The notes under the pieces were generated by a model. The model was not told where the DNA came from. It did not search any database and saw only the letters and a list, made by a program, of their open reading frames with translations. From contig JAUFOQ010000006.1 of NCBI GenBank assembly GCA_040285855.1, positions 744,001-808,000 on the forward strand: 64,000 nucleotides of DNA, in the 5' to 3' direction. This stretch comes from Eukaryota sp. GEM-RC1. Its lineage: Eukaryota. Position 1 is the first letter of the stretch; each line of letters begins with the position of its first letter. A program made the position numbers and the translations under genes. Positions 47,767-60,500 of this stretch are shown here, in pieces.

Positions 47767-48282
47767 ATGTACTGGATTTTGCAACCTTCAGGTCTTGCTC
47801 AATGTGTAGTGGACAAACGCATCTTTAAAACAGTGTCTCAACTGAAACCACCAGTTGTGTTTTGTTCTCTGTGTCTTCTTGGTGTTGACTGTCGCTATGA
47901 TGGGAAAAATCAGTATACCGAGAAACTGGATAGTTTGATTCCCTCAGGTGCCTCTGTTGTTGGATTCTGTCCAGAGGTTCTGGGTGGACTTTCTGTACCG
48001 AGACCTCCATGTGAAATTCAAAGTAGTGATCCATGGAAGATCATCACCATTGATGGTGAGGATCAAACTGTGTATTTCCAAGATGGATCTGAGATCGTTG
48101 TAACTGCATTGAAGACATTGGACAGGGTTGATTTGTTAGTTCTCAAGGAGAAATCCCCAAGTTGTGGAAGTAGTTTCGTTTATAGTGGTAAGTTTGATGG
48201 TACTTTGATTGAAGGACATGGAATTTTGTTGTCACTCATTGAAAGCTCTGGAGTTCATATAGAACGTGTCATTGCGATCTAA
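47767..48282 (+). CDS. DUF523 / 2-thiouracil desulfurase family protein
   Basis: SLCLLGVDCRYDG, FCPEVLGGLSVPRPP, LKEKSPSCG, VYSGKFDG...GHG. Start uncertain. Confidence 0.85.
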   Translation: MYWILQPSGLAQCVVDKRIFKTVSQLKPPVVFCSLCLLGVDCRYDGKNQYTEKLDSLIPSGASVVGFCPEVLGGLSVPRPPCEIQSSDPWKIITIDGEDQTVYFQDGSEIVVTALKTLDRVDLLVLKEKSPSCGSSFVYSGKFDGTLIEGHGILLSLIESSGVHIERVIAI

Positions 48283-48793
48283 GCAAACTAGTGATATGGT
48301 CTGTGTTAGTCCTTAAAAGTTGATTCATCAAGATCATCGTAACCACTCGGATAATCAGTTCAAGAAAAGGTACATATATTTGAACTATTTCGGCAATGTT
48401 CATTTTCCCATGTTGCTATATGTAAGTATGTAGTATTGTAGATTGTTATAGGTTCCTAATTCAATCGTGCTAATATCATTTCAAAATTTAAATTTAAAGT
48501 TCGGTTAACGTTCTCGATCACATTTAATTTAAATTCTGAGAAACGACTTCCCTAAAAGTTCTAAATAATCACTGACAAACAATATCAATTGATGAGTTTC
48601 TGCCATTGACTTCAAATATCTGTTATTGGTGAGTTCCACTGTTTCTAATTGTGTTAATCGTTATCCAAAAACTGAATATATAACCCTCATCAATGTTTGA
48701 CATCCTTATTTTGACAAAGCTCAATCCTAAAGTAATATATTTGAAATATTAACACTGGAACACTCTATATGTACACAATACCAGTCAGAACAA

Positions 48794-49949
48794 CTACAAC
48801 AATCTCTGAATACAAACACTATTAGCTACACCAGCTTCTTCCAAAGATTCTGATGGATTCAGGGGATTATTAGCTTGACCAGGACCAGGTCGATGAAGCT
48901 CAAACCTACTACTTCCAGAGACCTCTCTTACCTTCCTCTCTAAATCCCTTACTCGACTTCCCTTCATCAACTTAACCACATGAGACTTACCCCCGCTAGT
49001 CTTACCTTGACCGACACTTCTCCTTCACTGAACGTTGGTTTCTCCTCCTTTTGTTTATGTTCCACTACTGGTTGAGGTCTGACTCCACCATGAGCCCCTA
49101 GTCTCGCTCCTTGTCCAACAAAGGGAACAAACTCTGGTTTAGGAGGGGAATAGTCCTCTCCTCTTTTATCGCTAAGTTGAACATCTATCTGCCTCGATCT
49201 CATTGGGCCACCTCTAGTTGCCACGCGTTCTCTTACTAGCTTTTCTACTTGAGGAGGCATTTCCTGTCTTAACATGGCCTCCAACATTGAACTATTAGAA
49301 GGATCAGCAAAGTCAAAGAACTGATCGTCAAACACTAAGAGTCCGTTTCTATATATAGTGATTGGAACGGAAACCGGACCTTCATTAAGAGCAGTAGGTT
49401 GTTGGACAAATTCTTTTTGGTTAAAAGATCAGTATCACCTAGTCTATATCCAGCTCCTGGGAAGTGTTGAGGAGGGGAAGGAACAGGTTCTGAGGGGGGA
49501 GGAGCCTGTTGAGCTGATTGAATGAGCTTTTCTAGTTGTTCTTGGTGAGCATGACGTTGACGAGGGGGGATGAGGGCTTCAGAACTACCTCCTTCTCCAT
49601 GTCCAACGTGCCATTCAGCATCCTGTCCTTGTTTAGAAGAGCATTCAGAAGGACATGAGGAGCAGTCTTGAGGAGAGCAACTTCCAAAGTCACTAAGAGT
49701 GGCAACGCGTCGAGTAGATGAAGTTTGATGAGAAGTCACAGGAGGACGGCTTTGAGTAGGTACAGAGGACGGTGTAGGTCTGGGTTGAGGAACTGAAGGT
49801 GCTGTGGAAGCGGTAGGTTGAGGTCCCGATTCAAAAAATAGAAGGATAGCTTGGTCAATGTCACCATTAGATACTTCTAGTAAACGCTGAGCATCTGATG
49901 GAGACGCATCAGGACAGATCTCAAGAAACTGAGAAATCTTAGAGTCCAT
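48794..49949 (-). CDS. p47/Shp1-like Cdc48/p97 cofactor (UBA-SEP-SHP-UBX), two frameshifts
   Basis: UBA-like ISQFLEIC...AQRLLEVSNGDIDQAILLFF; FPGAGYRLG; SEP ITIYRNGL; SHP box FVGQGARLG; UBX ...SLEEAGVANSVCIQRL. -1 shifts at T- and G-runs near 49425 and 48992. Confidence 0.88.
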
Positions 49950-50742
49950 GTTGAAGAAATTGGTTTTGAAATTCCAATGCTGAACTCAAAGAATCTCATT
50001 GGATTACTTAATGTTACAAGGATCTATCAATCCAATGTACTGCAAAAATCGAAGACTAATAAAGTAACAGTACTTCAATGGTAAATTGCTGCTTATTGTG
50101 GTTCAATACATCCTAGTCGGGTTTTTTCAATCCTGAAAAAACCTTACAAATTCTAAGTAATGTTGATGTCTAATCGTTTTACCAGTACCATCTGTATCTA
50201 AGATAAAATATATTCCAGTGGTTTTTATTCTTGGAAAAATGGGTCTCCAAGTATGGTACAAACATATCTTCATATTTAAAACATTTGGAGTACGTGTCTT
50301 CTTAAGTCCATAATGTCTCTTCTTGATATATCAATAGAGTTTCTTCATCTAATTGCTGTCAAATTGCAAAAGTTGTGATTTACACAGCTTAGATGACTTT
50401 TCTAAACGTTTTAGTTCAGCTTTCCTGCTTTTCTTTTACACTTGAAAAACTGTTCATTTATTACACAACTACCGACACCTTATGGTCTTCATCTCAATAA
50501 TGAGGCTTGGAGATTTAACATATCTGCATCTTCGTTTAGGTCTATTTCCATCTGAGTTGTTAGATAAACACCATGCTTTGTTGTGATAAAATACCGAAAG
50601 CAATGCTCCAAAATTGTTTTTTACAATTGTCCCAAATCAGGTAGATTGATTTGATTAATCTGTCAACGGTGTTTTTTACGTGTTGCGTGTTAGTCCTTGT
50701 GTTTTTTGAAAGAGAATTTTAAATTTAAAATTCTCCTCCTCT

Positions 50743-51903
50743 ATGAATGTCTTCTCTTTGTATCCAGAAGCTGACTGTACAGTTGCTCCAATCCCACGAG
50801 ATCATGTAAACATTCAGAAAAGAGTGAACAAGCTCACGGGAAACTTTGCCGTACTCAAAACATATTGTCCTCGAAACAAAGCCGAAATGAGAGAAATCGA
50901 AAGAGAATGTTTTCTTAGTTCTACAAAGCAACATCCTCATGTGATCCGATATTACAGTTTCCTTCAAGATCCGAAGTCCTATCAAACTACAATTTTGATG
51001 GATTACATCAGTGGAGGAGATCTTCATACATATATACACGGTAAGAAACAAGACCTAAGTGCTAAAGGAAACCATTTCGTAGGGGACGCGATGTGGAAAT
51101 ACGTTGCTCAACTCATCAACATTGTGGACTTTCTACATGAAACACTTCACATCTGCCATCGCGATCTTAAATCTCAAAACATCTTGCTGGACGAAAATGG
51201 AGACTTTGTGGTGATGGACTTTGGTCACGCCCGTAAAATCGATGGAACAGAGTTTGAAACTAAAGGTCTCGGCTCTCCTCTGTATCAACCTCCAGAGATG
51301 CATAAAGAGAGTACACAAACTACCCACGATGTCTCTTCCGATTACTATGAACTTGGAGTTATGATATATGAAATGGTAACTGGCCGCTGGCCTTTCCTCC
51401 CTAAAGACTTGAACAAGGACAGGTCAATTCTTGTTAAAGAGATAGAAGAGCTTAAAGCTGGTCCTGCTCCCGACTTCTCTGGTTTGCCGTCAATCTTATC
51501 AGGTTATGTTGAAGGGCTTGTGAACAAAGAGCAGCAGCCTAGACATTTCAGCTATTGTAAAATGCTTGACGACCACCATATCCGCCAAGTTAGAAACCAT
51601 TTTCAACCTCAAAGACCAAGATTTGTCAAAATTGCTCCATGGTCAGATTGTGACTACCTCATTGTTTCTGACAAGGCTCCATCAGAACTTCTGGAAGAGG
51701 TTTGTTGTCTAAGTGAGAAAGCTCAAGTGTTGAGGGTTAACTGTGATCGTCTTTGTTTGTGTGCTGAAACTGCCAATGCATTTGTTCAACACTTAATGGA
51801 GTTCATCATTCCTGGAAGTGAAGTGAACACAAATGTTGTTTTCCAAATGGTTGATGAAGATTTGAATGATTATTTGTATGATTGCTGGTTTAATTTTAAT
51901 TAA
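50743..51903 (+). CDS. Ser/Thr protein kinase with a degenerate Gly-rich loop
   Basis: AVLK, HPHVIRY, MDYISGGDL, HRDLKSQNILL, DFG, GSPLYQPPE, GVMIYEMVTG. Confidence 0.88.
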   Translation: MNVFSLYPEADCTVAPIPRDHVNIQKRVNKLTGNFAVLKTYCPRNKAEMREIERECFLSSTKQHPHVIRYYSFLQDPKSYQTTILMDYISGGDLHTYIHGKKQDLSAKGNHFVGDAMWKYVAQLINIVDFLHETLHICHRDLKSQNILLDENGDFVVMDFGHARKIDGTEFETKGLGSPLYQPPEMHKESTQTTHDVSSDYYELGVMIYEMVTGRWPFLPKDLNKDRSILVKEIEELKAGPAPDFSGLPSILSGYVEGLVNKEQQPRHFSYCKMLDDHHIRQVRNHFQPQRPRFVKIAPWSDCDYLIVSDKAPSELLEEVCCLSEKAQVLRVNCDRLCLCAETANAFVQHLMEFIIPGSEVNTNVVFQMVDEDLNDYLYDCWFNFN

Positions 51904-54900
51904 TATGTTATTTCAATACATTTAAACTGTAGATTATTTTTTATTAATGGTCCCATAAAATCCATTTCAGTGAGGTGGATACTGTGGCAATATTAGGATC
52001 GTTTAATTCATTAATTACATCTTTATAGTGTTCAACTCCAATATAGTTTGAGACAACAAATGCATAACTTCTTTAGCAAACCCAAGAACTGTTGGTATGA
52101 TGAACAGTATTTAACAATTGCTATAAAAAATCTTTCATTAAAGGGTGAATAATAGCACGCTAGCACCAAATTTTTAGATACAAATAACATTCATTTACAA
52201 ACAATATATACTATGTCCTGCCAAATGGAGCACCTTTTCCTAATTGTGACCACATATATGCCTTATATAATTGCAAGTGATTTATCAGGCAACATATAGT
52301 ACTTCAGCATCTCGTCACATTTACAAGAGAAATGTCTTTGATATCTGAGTTTTACCGTGTGTTCGGTCAATTTTGTATGATTAGAAAACAAGGAAGGACT
52401 AAATGAAATGATATCAGCATTTGGTGTTTGCCACAGGTGTTAGTGTAGTAAAAAAACATTGAATATAACTAAACAGCGTTTTACGCCATTTGAGGTATTG
52501 TTGGGGTGATCTGTCGTATGGACATCATTCTCTGGTACTTTCTCAATTGTTTATAAACACGTTATTATTAAAATGGCAAAAATTGAATGTTTTTCTTCAA
52601 AGTATCGATATAAAGTCCAGTTGTTTCTGTCCACCGGACTTTACTTACAACGGCTGTGACAGGCACTTTATTTTCCCTCTGACTTCGAAACATTGGTGAA
52701 AAAGCATTTTGCTCACAGGTTTTGGTCGATTCGTAGGATGTTTACAGTCTTAAAAAAAATTTCTGCTATCAACTGTTGGCTCTAAGTATTTTCCATGAAG
52801 AAAAAGTTTCTAGGAGTTTCATTACAATTACTGTTGTTGTAACGTTATTGAGTTTTAGTTTTTGGTTTTATCTGCTTGTAACTGTTCAATAAATGATATT
52901 TTTAAAAAAGTTTGGGTTAGGGTTACAGACAGAGAAATTAATGGAGTAATGCAACTTGGTAAAATACAATGTAGGTTTACTAATACAAGCAAGGTCCTGA
53001 TACACGCAATGTAGTTCTCTTGTATTTTTTGCACCATTAAGTAAAATGAATGATATATTTATAATTTAGTCAATATAAATAATCCACGTAACACTTAACA
53101 AAACAATTCTTGTCGAATTGCACAACAGTAGTTTCTCTCTCGCACATGAATGAGCCTCAAAACCTTCAATTTCTCTTAGAACACACGTGTTCACACGAGA
53201 CGAGTGCAATCACTTTGATCCTGTACTTCCCATCAAGCCTTACCCTATTTCCTGCCTTCAAATCTTCAACTACATCTTTGCTACATCGAGACGATCTGGA
53301 GCTTTTTGAGTGAATAACATGGAAATTGAATTAAAGTCCACAAAAGAATGACATTCCCAGCTAAGAGCTCTTGTAGTTGGGTGTTTTCAACCTTATAATG
53401 GAAGTTTACCCCTATATTCAAGGTGATAGGCAAATGAATCATTTTGAATATTTAAAGAACAATATTTTATCTAAGAATGCTAATCATAACAGATACACCA
53501 ATAAAAGCCTAGAGAATAGTAGGCTTGTACGATCTATGAAGTTAAATGTGTCGTTACACATTGTAGATCCAAATAAAATCAAACTGTTAGTAAAATAAAG
53601 TTGTATTAGTGTATCAACTTTTTTCATCAATAACGAGTACTTCGCTGAAGCTCTGCTTTCTTTTTGTCGGACGTCATGATGGCTCACTGTTCTAAGGAAA
53701 AACTCAAATCTCCCATAAACGTGTTTGAAAACTTCTCCAGAGGTGAGCTGAAGAGAATTTGTTTCACCAATGAATCTTTTAACATCTCGAGAACTAACTC
53801 TATACTGTGTTTCCTGAGTAATCAAGTCATCACGATAACAAAGCTCTTTTATATGCAGTGCAGTAACTCAATTAGTGTAGTAACTTCATTGGTCAATCAA
53901 TAAAAGCCTCTACCAATACAAGCCTAGAAACATTCAGGCTTGTACGGAGTTCGGAAAGAGACTGTATTGATGTCCTCGTGGTAGTTCAGTTCATGATGAA
54001 ATAATTCCGTATAGACATATCCTTATAATGATTTTCATGACATGTTCCCTTCTGTGCTCCTAAGCAAAGATACAAGAGAGAATGCAATTTACATTTAATC
54101 ACTGTTAAAAGATGTTTCCACACATCCATAAGGGACATACCCAGGGTAGAGATGAAATATATTTGGGCCACATTGACTGCTTTAACAATATCTTAATGCA
54201 AACATCAACCAAAAAATATCACTTTCTGGTTATACTGGGTGGTTGAAAATCTTGAACCTTTCTCGTTTGTTGAAGGTTACACAGTGAGAGAGTGGGCAAA
54301 CACGAAATCCAGTGTAGCTAGATTTGCCACGTGTCAAATAGTTTTCTTGTTTGTCTTGTTCTATAATGTATCTTTTATCTTTCATTATTTTTGGCCAAGG
54401 GTAACACCAACGTAAACAATGAGCCTGTTTGTGTGAAACAAACAGTCTACATTGGACACTGTTTATGCAACCACTCACTCTGATCAAACGAGGTAACATA
54501 TCATTAATATTTATCTGGTGAATTGCACCTTAAATTTGAAACCAACGATAAATTGATGGTAAATATTTATTGCGATCAAATTCGATGTGAGAAAATATGA
54601 TATTTACCTTTAATTAATGTTAATCACAGTCTCAATGAGACTAATTGAACAAGCTGGGGTACTGATGCTGTTACTTAATACTAGTAAACATTCTTAACGT
54701 CCTTAAAAATCCTGGTAATCTCAATGCACAAATCTGTTGAATAAAACCATGATCCAAAGAAGAATGGTGAAAGGAGACTTTTAACCATGGATATTCCTCA
54801 ACTTTGCGGGACACTACTGAGAGTTGCTTGGTTTCAAAACCGCAACAGCGATACACTTTGTGAAGTGTATGATTGGCACCAAGTACTTCAATGAAAGAAA

Positions 54901-55210
54901 TTACTTCCAACATTTTTCAAAAATAGTATTAGAAGTTTAACATAAGATTCAAGATTAAAGGACAGAAACACGGATTGTTATGTCATTAATCAGGTTGATT
55001 AATTGAGTATTGGTATATTACCCAATTGAAAATTTAATAAATAAAATCATCATATTAAGTACTTTTAATTATGTAAGATGGCCACAGAAAACCTTAACTA
55101 AAGAAATATCAAAAGCCTATAAGACATGTGAAGCTGCAAAAGCTGAATCAGTGTAAACGCCAGACAACTGGACTCTGGCACTACAACTTCCTTCAACTTC
55201 CATGCTGATA

Positions 55211-55684
55211 TCAATCTTTATGAATCCGTATGCTAGTGGAGTCCGCACATGATCTCCTATATATCAATATTAACTTCCCAATAATAAACCCAGCACATCC
55301 ACCAATCATGTTTGGCAGTGGGGGACTCAGAATAAACTTCGGTACCCAATCCATTGGGTAAAGGAAAGAGAGCGTCCAAGCTCCCAAAAGTGTGAGAGTT
55401 GTCTGTGGTCGTTGTCTCCAAGCAGTTGGTGTGATATGGAAGAAGTTGAAGTTGAAGTTGTTTCTGTAATCATTGCAGAAACAACACAAAATTGCGGTAA
55501 AAGCAGAGGATGTTGCAAAACAAGCGATTGTTTGGGGACAAGGGTTGAGAAGCAATGATATGAGTAAGATTGATATGAACCAATTGAGAAAGTTATCTAG
55601 AAGTCTGTCTCGGATAAGTATCAGAGCAATTAAACCAAGCAGTGTTGTTGCTCCCAAAGACAAAGCCAAGCTTGGCGAGATCAT
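55211..55684 (-). CDS. PIGF: GPI anchor biosynthesis protein PIG-F/Gpi11-like
   Basis: Small multi-pass membrane protein with LLGAW.....PMDW......P.P...GG..GF..G. Confidence 0.72.
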   Translation of the reverse strand: MISPSLALSLGATTLLGLIALILIRDRLLDNFLNWFISILLISLLLNPCPQTIACFATSSAFTAILCCFCNDYRNNFNFNFFHITPTAWRQRPQTTLTLLGAWTLSFLYPMDWVPKFILSPPLPNMIGGCAGFIIGKLILIYRRSCADSTSIRIHKD

Positions 55685-56049
55685 TCAAACAGGTTTGTGA
55701 GTTTTTAACTTACACCTAGACACGATGCAGTCACTCACAGTTTCATTTCTTTTGATATATTACTGCAAAAAGACATGGGACTTTTTGTCAAATGATGGAA
55801 CATTTGGTATGTCTCAGAAGTGAATCCAAGTGTCCACCACCATTTCCTATGTGCGAAAATCAATTGTAGGTACGTTCCAAAAACAATATGCCAATTATAT
55901 TGATGTGTGCATCCACAGGCTTTATATTCAGTATTGTCCGTTCTGTTTGGCCAAATATAGTTACTAGAATTGTCTACCACGTGTCAACACGTGTTACCAG
56001 AAGATTTTGCTCCTTCGATTTCAACTTTCTTGTTTCCTGTTCTTTCCTA

Positions 56050-57387
56050 ATGACTGAAGAATCTTCTTCCAATTTACAATTCTCTGTTCTTAATGCTGAC
56101 CAAGGCGTTACCGAAGTGGAATCCCTTTGTATGAGTTGTCACGAAAACGGAACAACTCGTATTCTTCTTACAAAAATCCCTTTCTTCAAAGAAGTTATCC
56201 TCATGTCCTTCTCTTGCCCACACTGTGGTTTCCGTAGTACAGATGTTCAACATGGAGGCTCAATAGCACCCAAAGGTAGCAAGTTCGAACTCAAAGTAAA
56301 AACTCCAGAAGATGCCAATCGTACTGTTGTTAAGTCTTCTTATGCCACTGTCTATCTTCCTGAACTAGACCTTGAAATCCCTTCCACAAGTCAAAAAGGA
56401 AGTCTGACAACAGCTGAGGGAATTCTTTCAAGAGTTTCTGAGGATCTTAAGCGAGACCTCCCCCTTCGTAGAGCCGTAGCACCAGAACAAGCCGATCAAA
56501 TTGAACAATTCCTTCCTAAAGTCGACGCTCTCCTAGAAAACCACAACTACACCATCCTTCTCACGGACCCTTCTGGAAACTCCTTCATCCAGCCATTGAA
56601 CTACCCTGACCCTGACCATAACCTCGAGATTAGCCACTACTATCGATCTAGAGAGGAGACTTCTGAACTAGGATTAGTTCCCGAGGAAGTTGGCCCTGAT
56701 AAAGAGACAAACATCAAGGATCAGTATCAGGCTATTATCAGAGATGCTCATATAGCAGAGAAGTTCAAGGAAAGGCTAGGAGATCCCGAGGAAGTGTACG
56801 TTTTACCAGTACATTGCTATTTGTGTCAGGCCGAAGGGGAGTTGAAGTGTTTTGAATGCGAGATTCCTTATTTCAAAAAGATTGTGTTAATGGCGTTTAC
56901 GTGTGAGAATTGTGGATATAAGAATACTGAGGTAAAAGCTAGTGGTGATGTAGAACCAAAAGGTAAGATTCACACTCTAAAGGTCCGAAACGAACTTGAT
57001 TTGAAGAGAGATTTTTTAAAAAGTGAATATGCTTCTGTCGATGTTCCTGAAGCTGCTCTTCATGTAACCACTGGAACCCTTGGTGGATTCTTCACCACTG
57101 TGGAAGGTATGGTGACTAAGTGTCGTGACCAGTTGGAAAGTGCAAATCCTTTTTATATTGGAGATTCTGCTACTGTGGGAGATCGTGATAAGTTTAAGGA
57201 GTTTTTGAGAAAGTTGGATAGGCTGGCAACTCTTGAGGAAGAGTTTACAATCATTCTAAATGATCCTGTTGGTAATTCATATATTCAAGCTACATCTGAT
57301 AATATAGATGAAGATGAGAATCTCACTGTTGAGGAGTATGATCGAACTGAAGAAATGGATGTTGAACTGGGGTTAATGCCTTGTTAA
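56050..57387 (+). CDS. ZPR1: Zinc finger protein ZPR1
   Basis: Two ZPR1 modules: ESLCMSC...TRILLTKIPFFKEVILMSFSCPHCG...DPSGNSFI and CYLC...IPYFKKIVLMAFTCENCGYK...DPVGNSYIQ. Confidence 0.96.
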   Translation: MTEESSSNLQFSVLNADQGVTEVESLCMSCHENGTTRILLTKIPFFKEVILMSFSCPHCGFRSTDVQHGGSIAPKGSKFELKVKTPEDANRTVVKSSYATVYLPELDLEIPSTSQKGSLTTAEGILSRVSEDLKRDLPLRRAVAPEQADQIEQFLPKVDALLENHNYTILLTDPSGNSFIQPLNYPDPDHNLEISHYYRSREETSELGLVPEEVGPDKETNIKDQYQAIIRDAHIAEKFKERLGDPEEVYVLPVHCYLCQAEGELKCFECEIPYFKKIVLMAFTCENCGYKNTEVKASGDVEPKGKIHTLKVRNELDLKRDFLKSEYASVDVPEAALHVTTGTLGGFFTTVEGMVTKCRDQLESANPFYIGDSATVGDRDKFKEFLRKLDRLATLEEEFTIILNDPVGNSYIQATSDNIDEDENLTVEEYDRTEEMDVELGLMPC

Positions 57388-57588
57388 TGTGGTGATATGG
57401 TTAGTTTTTATTAGATTGTTTTGTTTATTTGTCTGGAATGACGTTAGATCGTCTAGTGACGTCATAAACGTTTTATTTATAACACTCACATTATCTGTAG
57501 TATTTGATAAACCAGTTCTAACTGTTGTGTATATGACATGTTGTTAGTAGAATTGATTTGAAAATGAATAGAAAAGCAAGAAGCAGAA

Positions 57589-60500
57589 ATGAAAACCATT
57601 TCTGTGTTCTACAATGTTCCAATGGCAACTGATACTATCTTTAGTCAGGGATTTCATCTAGATGCCGTCATTCTCAATTCTGCCTCAGCTGATCCTGATA
57701 CTTTCAAGCCATACAGATGCAATATTCTCTGTACCCCCAACTTCCTCGAAGTCCTTCCTCCTCGTTCTCTCAAAAACTCTGCCAACAATCCTGGTACTCA
57801 ACGCTTTTCATACCACAAAGCAATGCAAATCATCATTGAAGAACACAACCCAAATGTTGTTCATATTGTGGATCGCGACCTTATCCTTCTCTCAGTTGAA
57901 GTAGATCCTGACGAAGCTCAAGTATTTGAGGATGCAATCACCAACTTCATTGATCAAAAGGAGGAACTCTTTGATGTTGCTCTTGCTCGCAAAGCTGCCT
58001 CTCAACCATCCTCTACTTCTGGTGGTTCCCTTCGTTCCAAACCTAAAGTGATACCAGAGCCTGAAGACAAGTATAAGGAGCTCCTACCAATAACATCAAG
58101 GGAATTGCAACCCCAGTATGTTGATGTAGATGAAGAAGAAGGGGAAACTTTGGAGTTTAGTGCTGATAGGAAGGAATTAGTTGAGGAAAGTGCAGAAGAG
58201 GAAGAGGAGGAAGTGGATTACGAAGAACAGCTTAAGAAGTTCTTGGAAAAGAAACGCGAAAGAGCGGGTGATCAACATCAGCATCAATCAATTGACGGTC
58301 AACCAAATGCTTCACGTCCAGGATATGTTTCAGGACAACAGTCTGCTCAAAATCAATCAATTGACGGTCAACCAAATGCTTCACGTCCAGGATATGTTTC
58401 AGGACAACAGTCTGCTCAAAATCAATCAATTGACGGTCAACCAAATGCTTCACGTCCAGGATATGTTTCAGGACAACAGTCTGCTCAAAATCAATCAATT
58501 GACGGTCAACCAAATGCTTCACGTCCAGGATATGTTTCAGGACAACAGTCTGCTCAAAATCAGTCAATTGACGGTCAACCAAATGCTTCACGTCCAGGAT
58601 ATGTTTCAGGAAAACAGTCTGCTCAAAATCAATCAATTGACGGTCAACCAAATGCTTCACGTCCAGGATATGTTTCAGGACAACAGTCTGCTCAAAATCA
58701 ATCAATTGACGGTCAACCAAATGCTTCACGTCCAGGATATGTTTCAGGAAAACAGTCTGCTCAAAATCAATCAATTGATGGTCAACCAAATGCTTCACGT
58801 CCAGGATATGTTTCAGGACAACAGTCTGCTCAAAATCAATCAATTGACGGTCAACCAAATGCTTCACGTCCAGGATATGTTTCAGGACAACAGTCTGCTC
58901 AAAATCAATCAATTGACGGTCAACCAAATGCTTCACGTCCAGGATATGTTTCAGGAAAACAGTCTGCTCAAAATCAATCAATTGACGGTCAACCAAATGC
59001 TTCACGTCCAGGTTATGTTTCAGGAAAACAGTCTGCTCAAAATCAATCAATTGACGGTCAACCAAATGCTTCAATCAAAAGTCGTTTAGGGTCTGTTTCA
59101 GGAACATTATCTGCTCAAAATCAATCAATTGACGGTCAACCAAATGCTTCACGTCCAGGATATGTTTCAGGAAAACAGTCTGCTCAAAATCAATCAATTG
59201 ACGGTCAACCAAATGCTTCACGTCCAGGATATGTTTCAGGAAAACAGTCTGCTCAAAATCAATCAATTGACGGTCAACCAAATGCTTCACGTCCAGGATA
59301 TGTTTCAGGAAAACAGTCTGCTCAAAATCAATCAATTGACGGTCAACCAAATGCTTCACGTCCAGGATATGTTTCAGGACAACAGTCTGCTCAAAATCAA
59401 TCAATTGACGGTCAACCAAATGCTTCACGTCCAGGTTTTGTTTCAGGACAACAGTCTGCTCAAAATCAATCAATTGACGGTCAACCAAATGCTTCACGTC
59501 CAGGTTTTGTTTCAGGAAAACAGTCTGCTCAAAATCAATCAATTGATGGTCATTCAAATGCTTCACGTCCAGGATATGTTTCAGGAAAACAGTCTGCTCA
59601 AAATCAATCAATTGACGGTCAACCAAATGCTTCACGTCCAGGATATGTTTCAGGAAAACAGTCTGCTCAAAATCAATCAATTGACGGTCAACCAAATGCT
59701 TCACGTCCAGGATATGTTTCAGGAAAACAGTCTGCTCAGAATCAATCAATTGACGGTCAACCAAATGCTTCACGTCCAGGATATGTTTCAGGACAACAGT
59801 CTGCTCAAAATCAATCAATTGACGGTCAACCAAATGCTTCACGTCCAGGATATGTTTCAGGACAACAGTCTGCTCAAAATCAATCAATTGACGGTCAACC
59901 AAATGCTTCACGTCCAGGATATGTTTCAGGACAACAGTCTGCTCAAAATCAATCAATTGACGGTCAACCAAATGCTTCACGTCCAGGATATGTTTCAGGA
60001 CAACAGTCTGCTCAAAATCAATCAATTGACGGTCAACCAAATGCTTCACGTCCAGGATATGTTTCAGGAAAACAGTCTGCTCAAAATCAATCAATTGACG
60101 GTCAACCAAATGCTTCACGTCCAGGTTTTGTTTCAGGACAACAGTCTGCTCAAAATCAATCAATTGACGGTCAATCTAGTACTTCACGTCCAGGATATGT
60201 TTCAGGAAAACAGTCTGCTCAAAATCAATCAATTGACGGTCAATCAAATGCTTCACGTCCAGGTTTTGTTTCAGGACAACAGTTTGCTCAAAATCAATCA
60301 ATTGACGGTCAACCAAATGCTTCAATCAAAAGTCGTTTAGGGTTTATTTCAGGAACATTATCTGCTCAAAATCAATCAATTGACGGTCAACCAAATGCTT
60401 CACGTCCAGGATATGTTTCAGGAAAACAGTCTGCTCAAAATCAATCAATTGACGGTCAACCAAATGCTTCACGTCCAGGATATGTTTCAGGAAAACAGTC

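Noticed and set aside
55888..56049. N-terminal extension of ZPR1
   Set aside because: Homology starts after ATG 56050; the extension covers the candidate promoter motifs.
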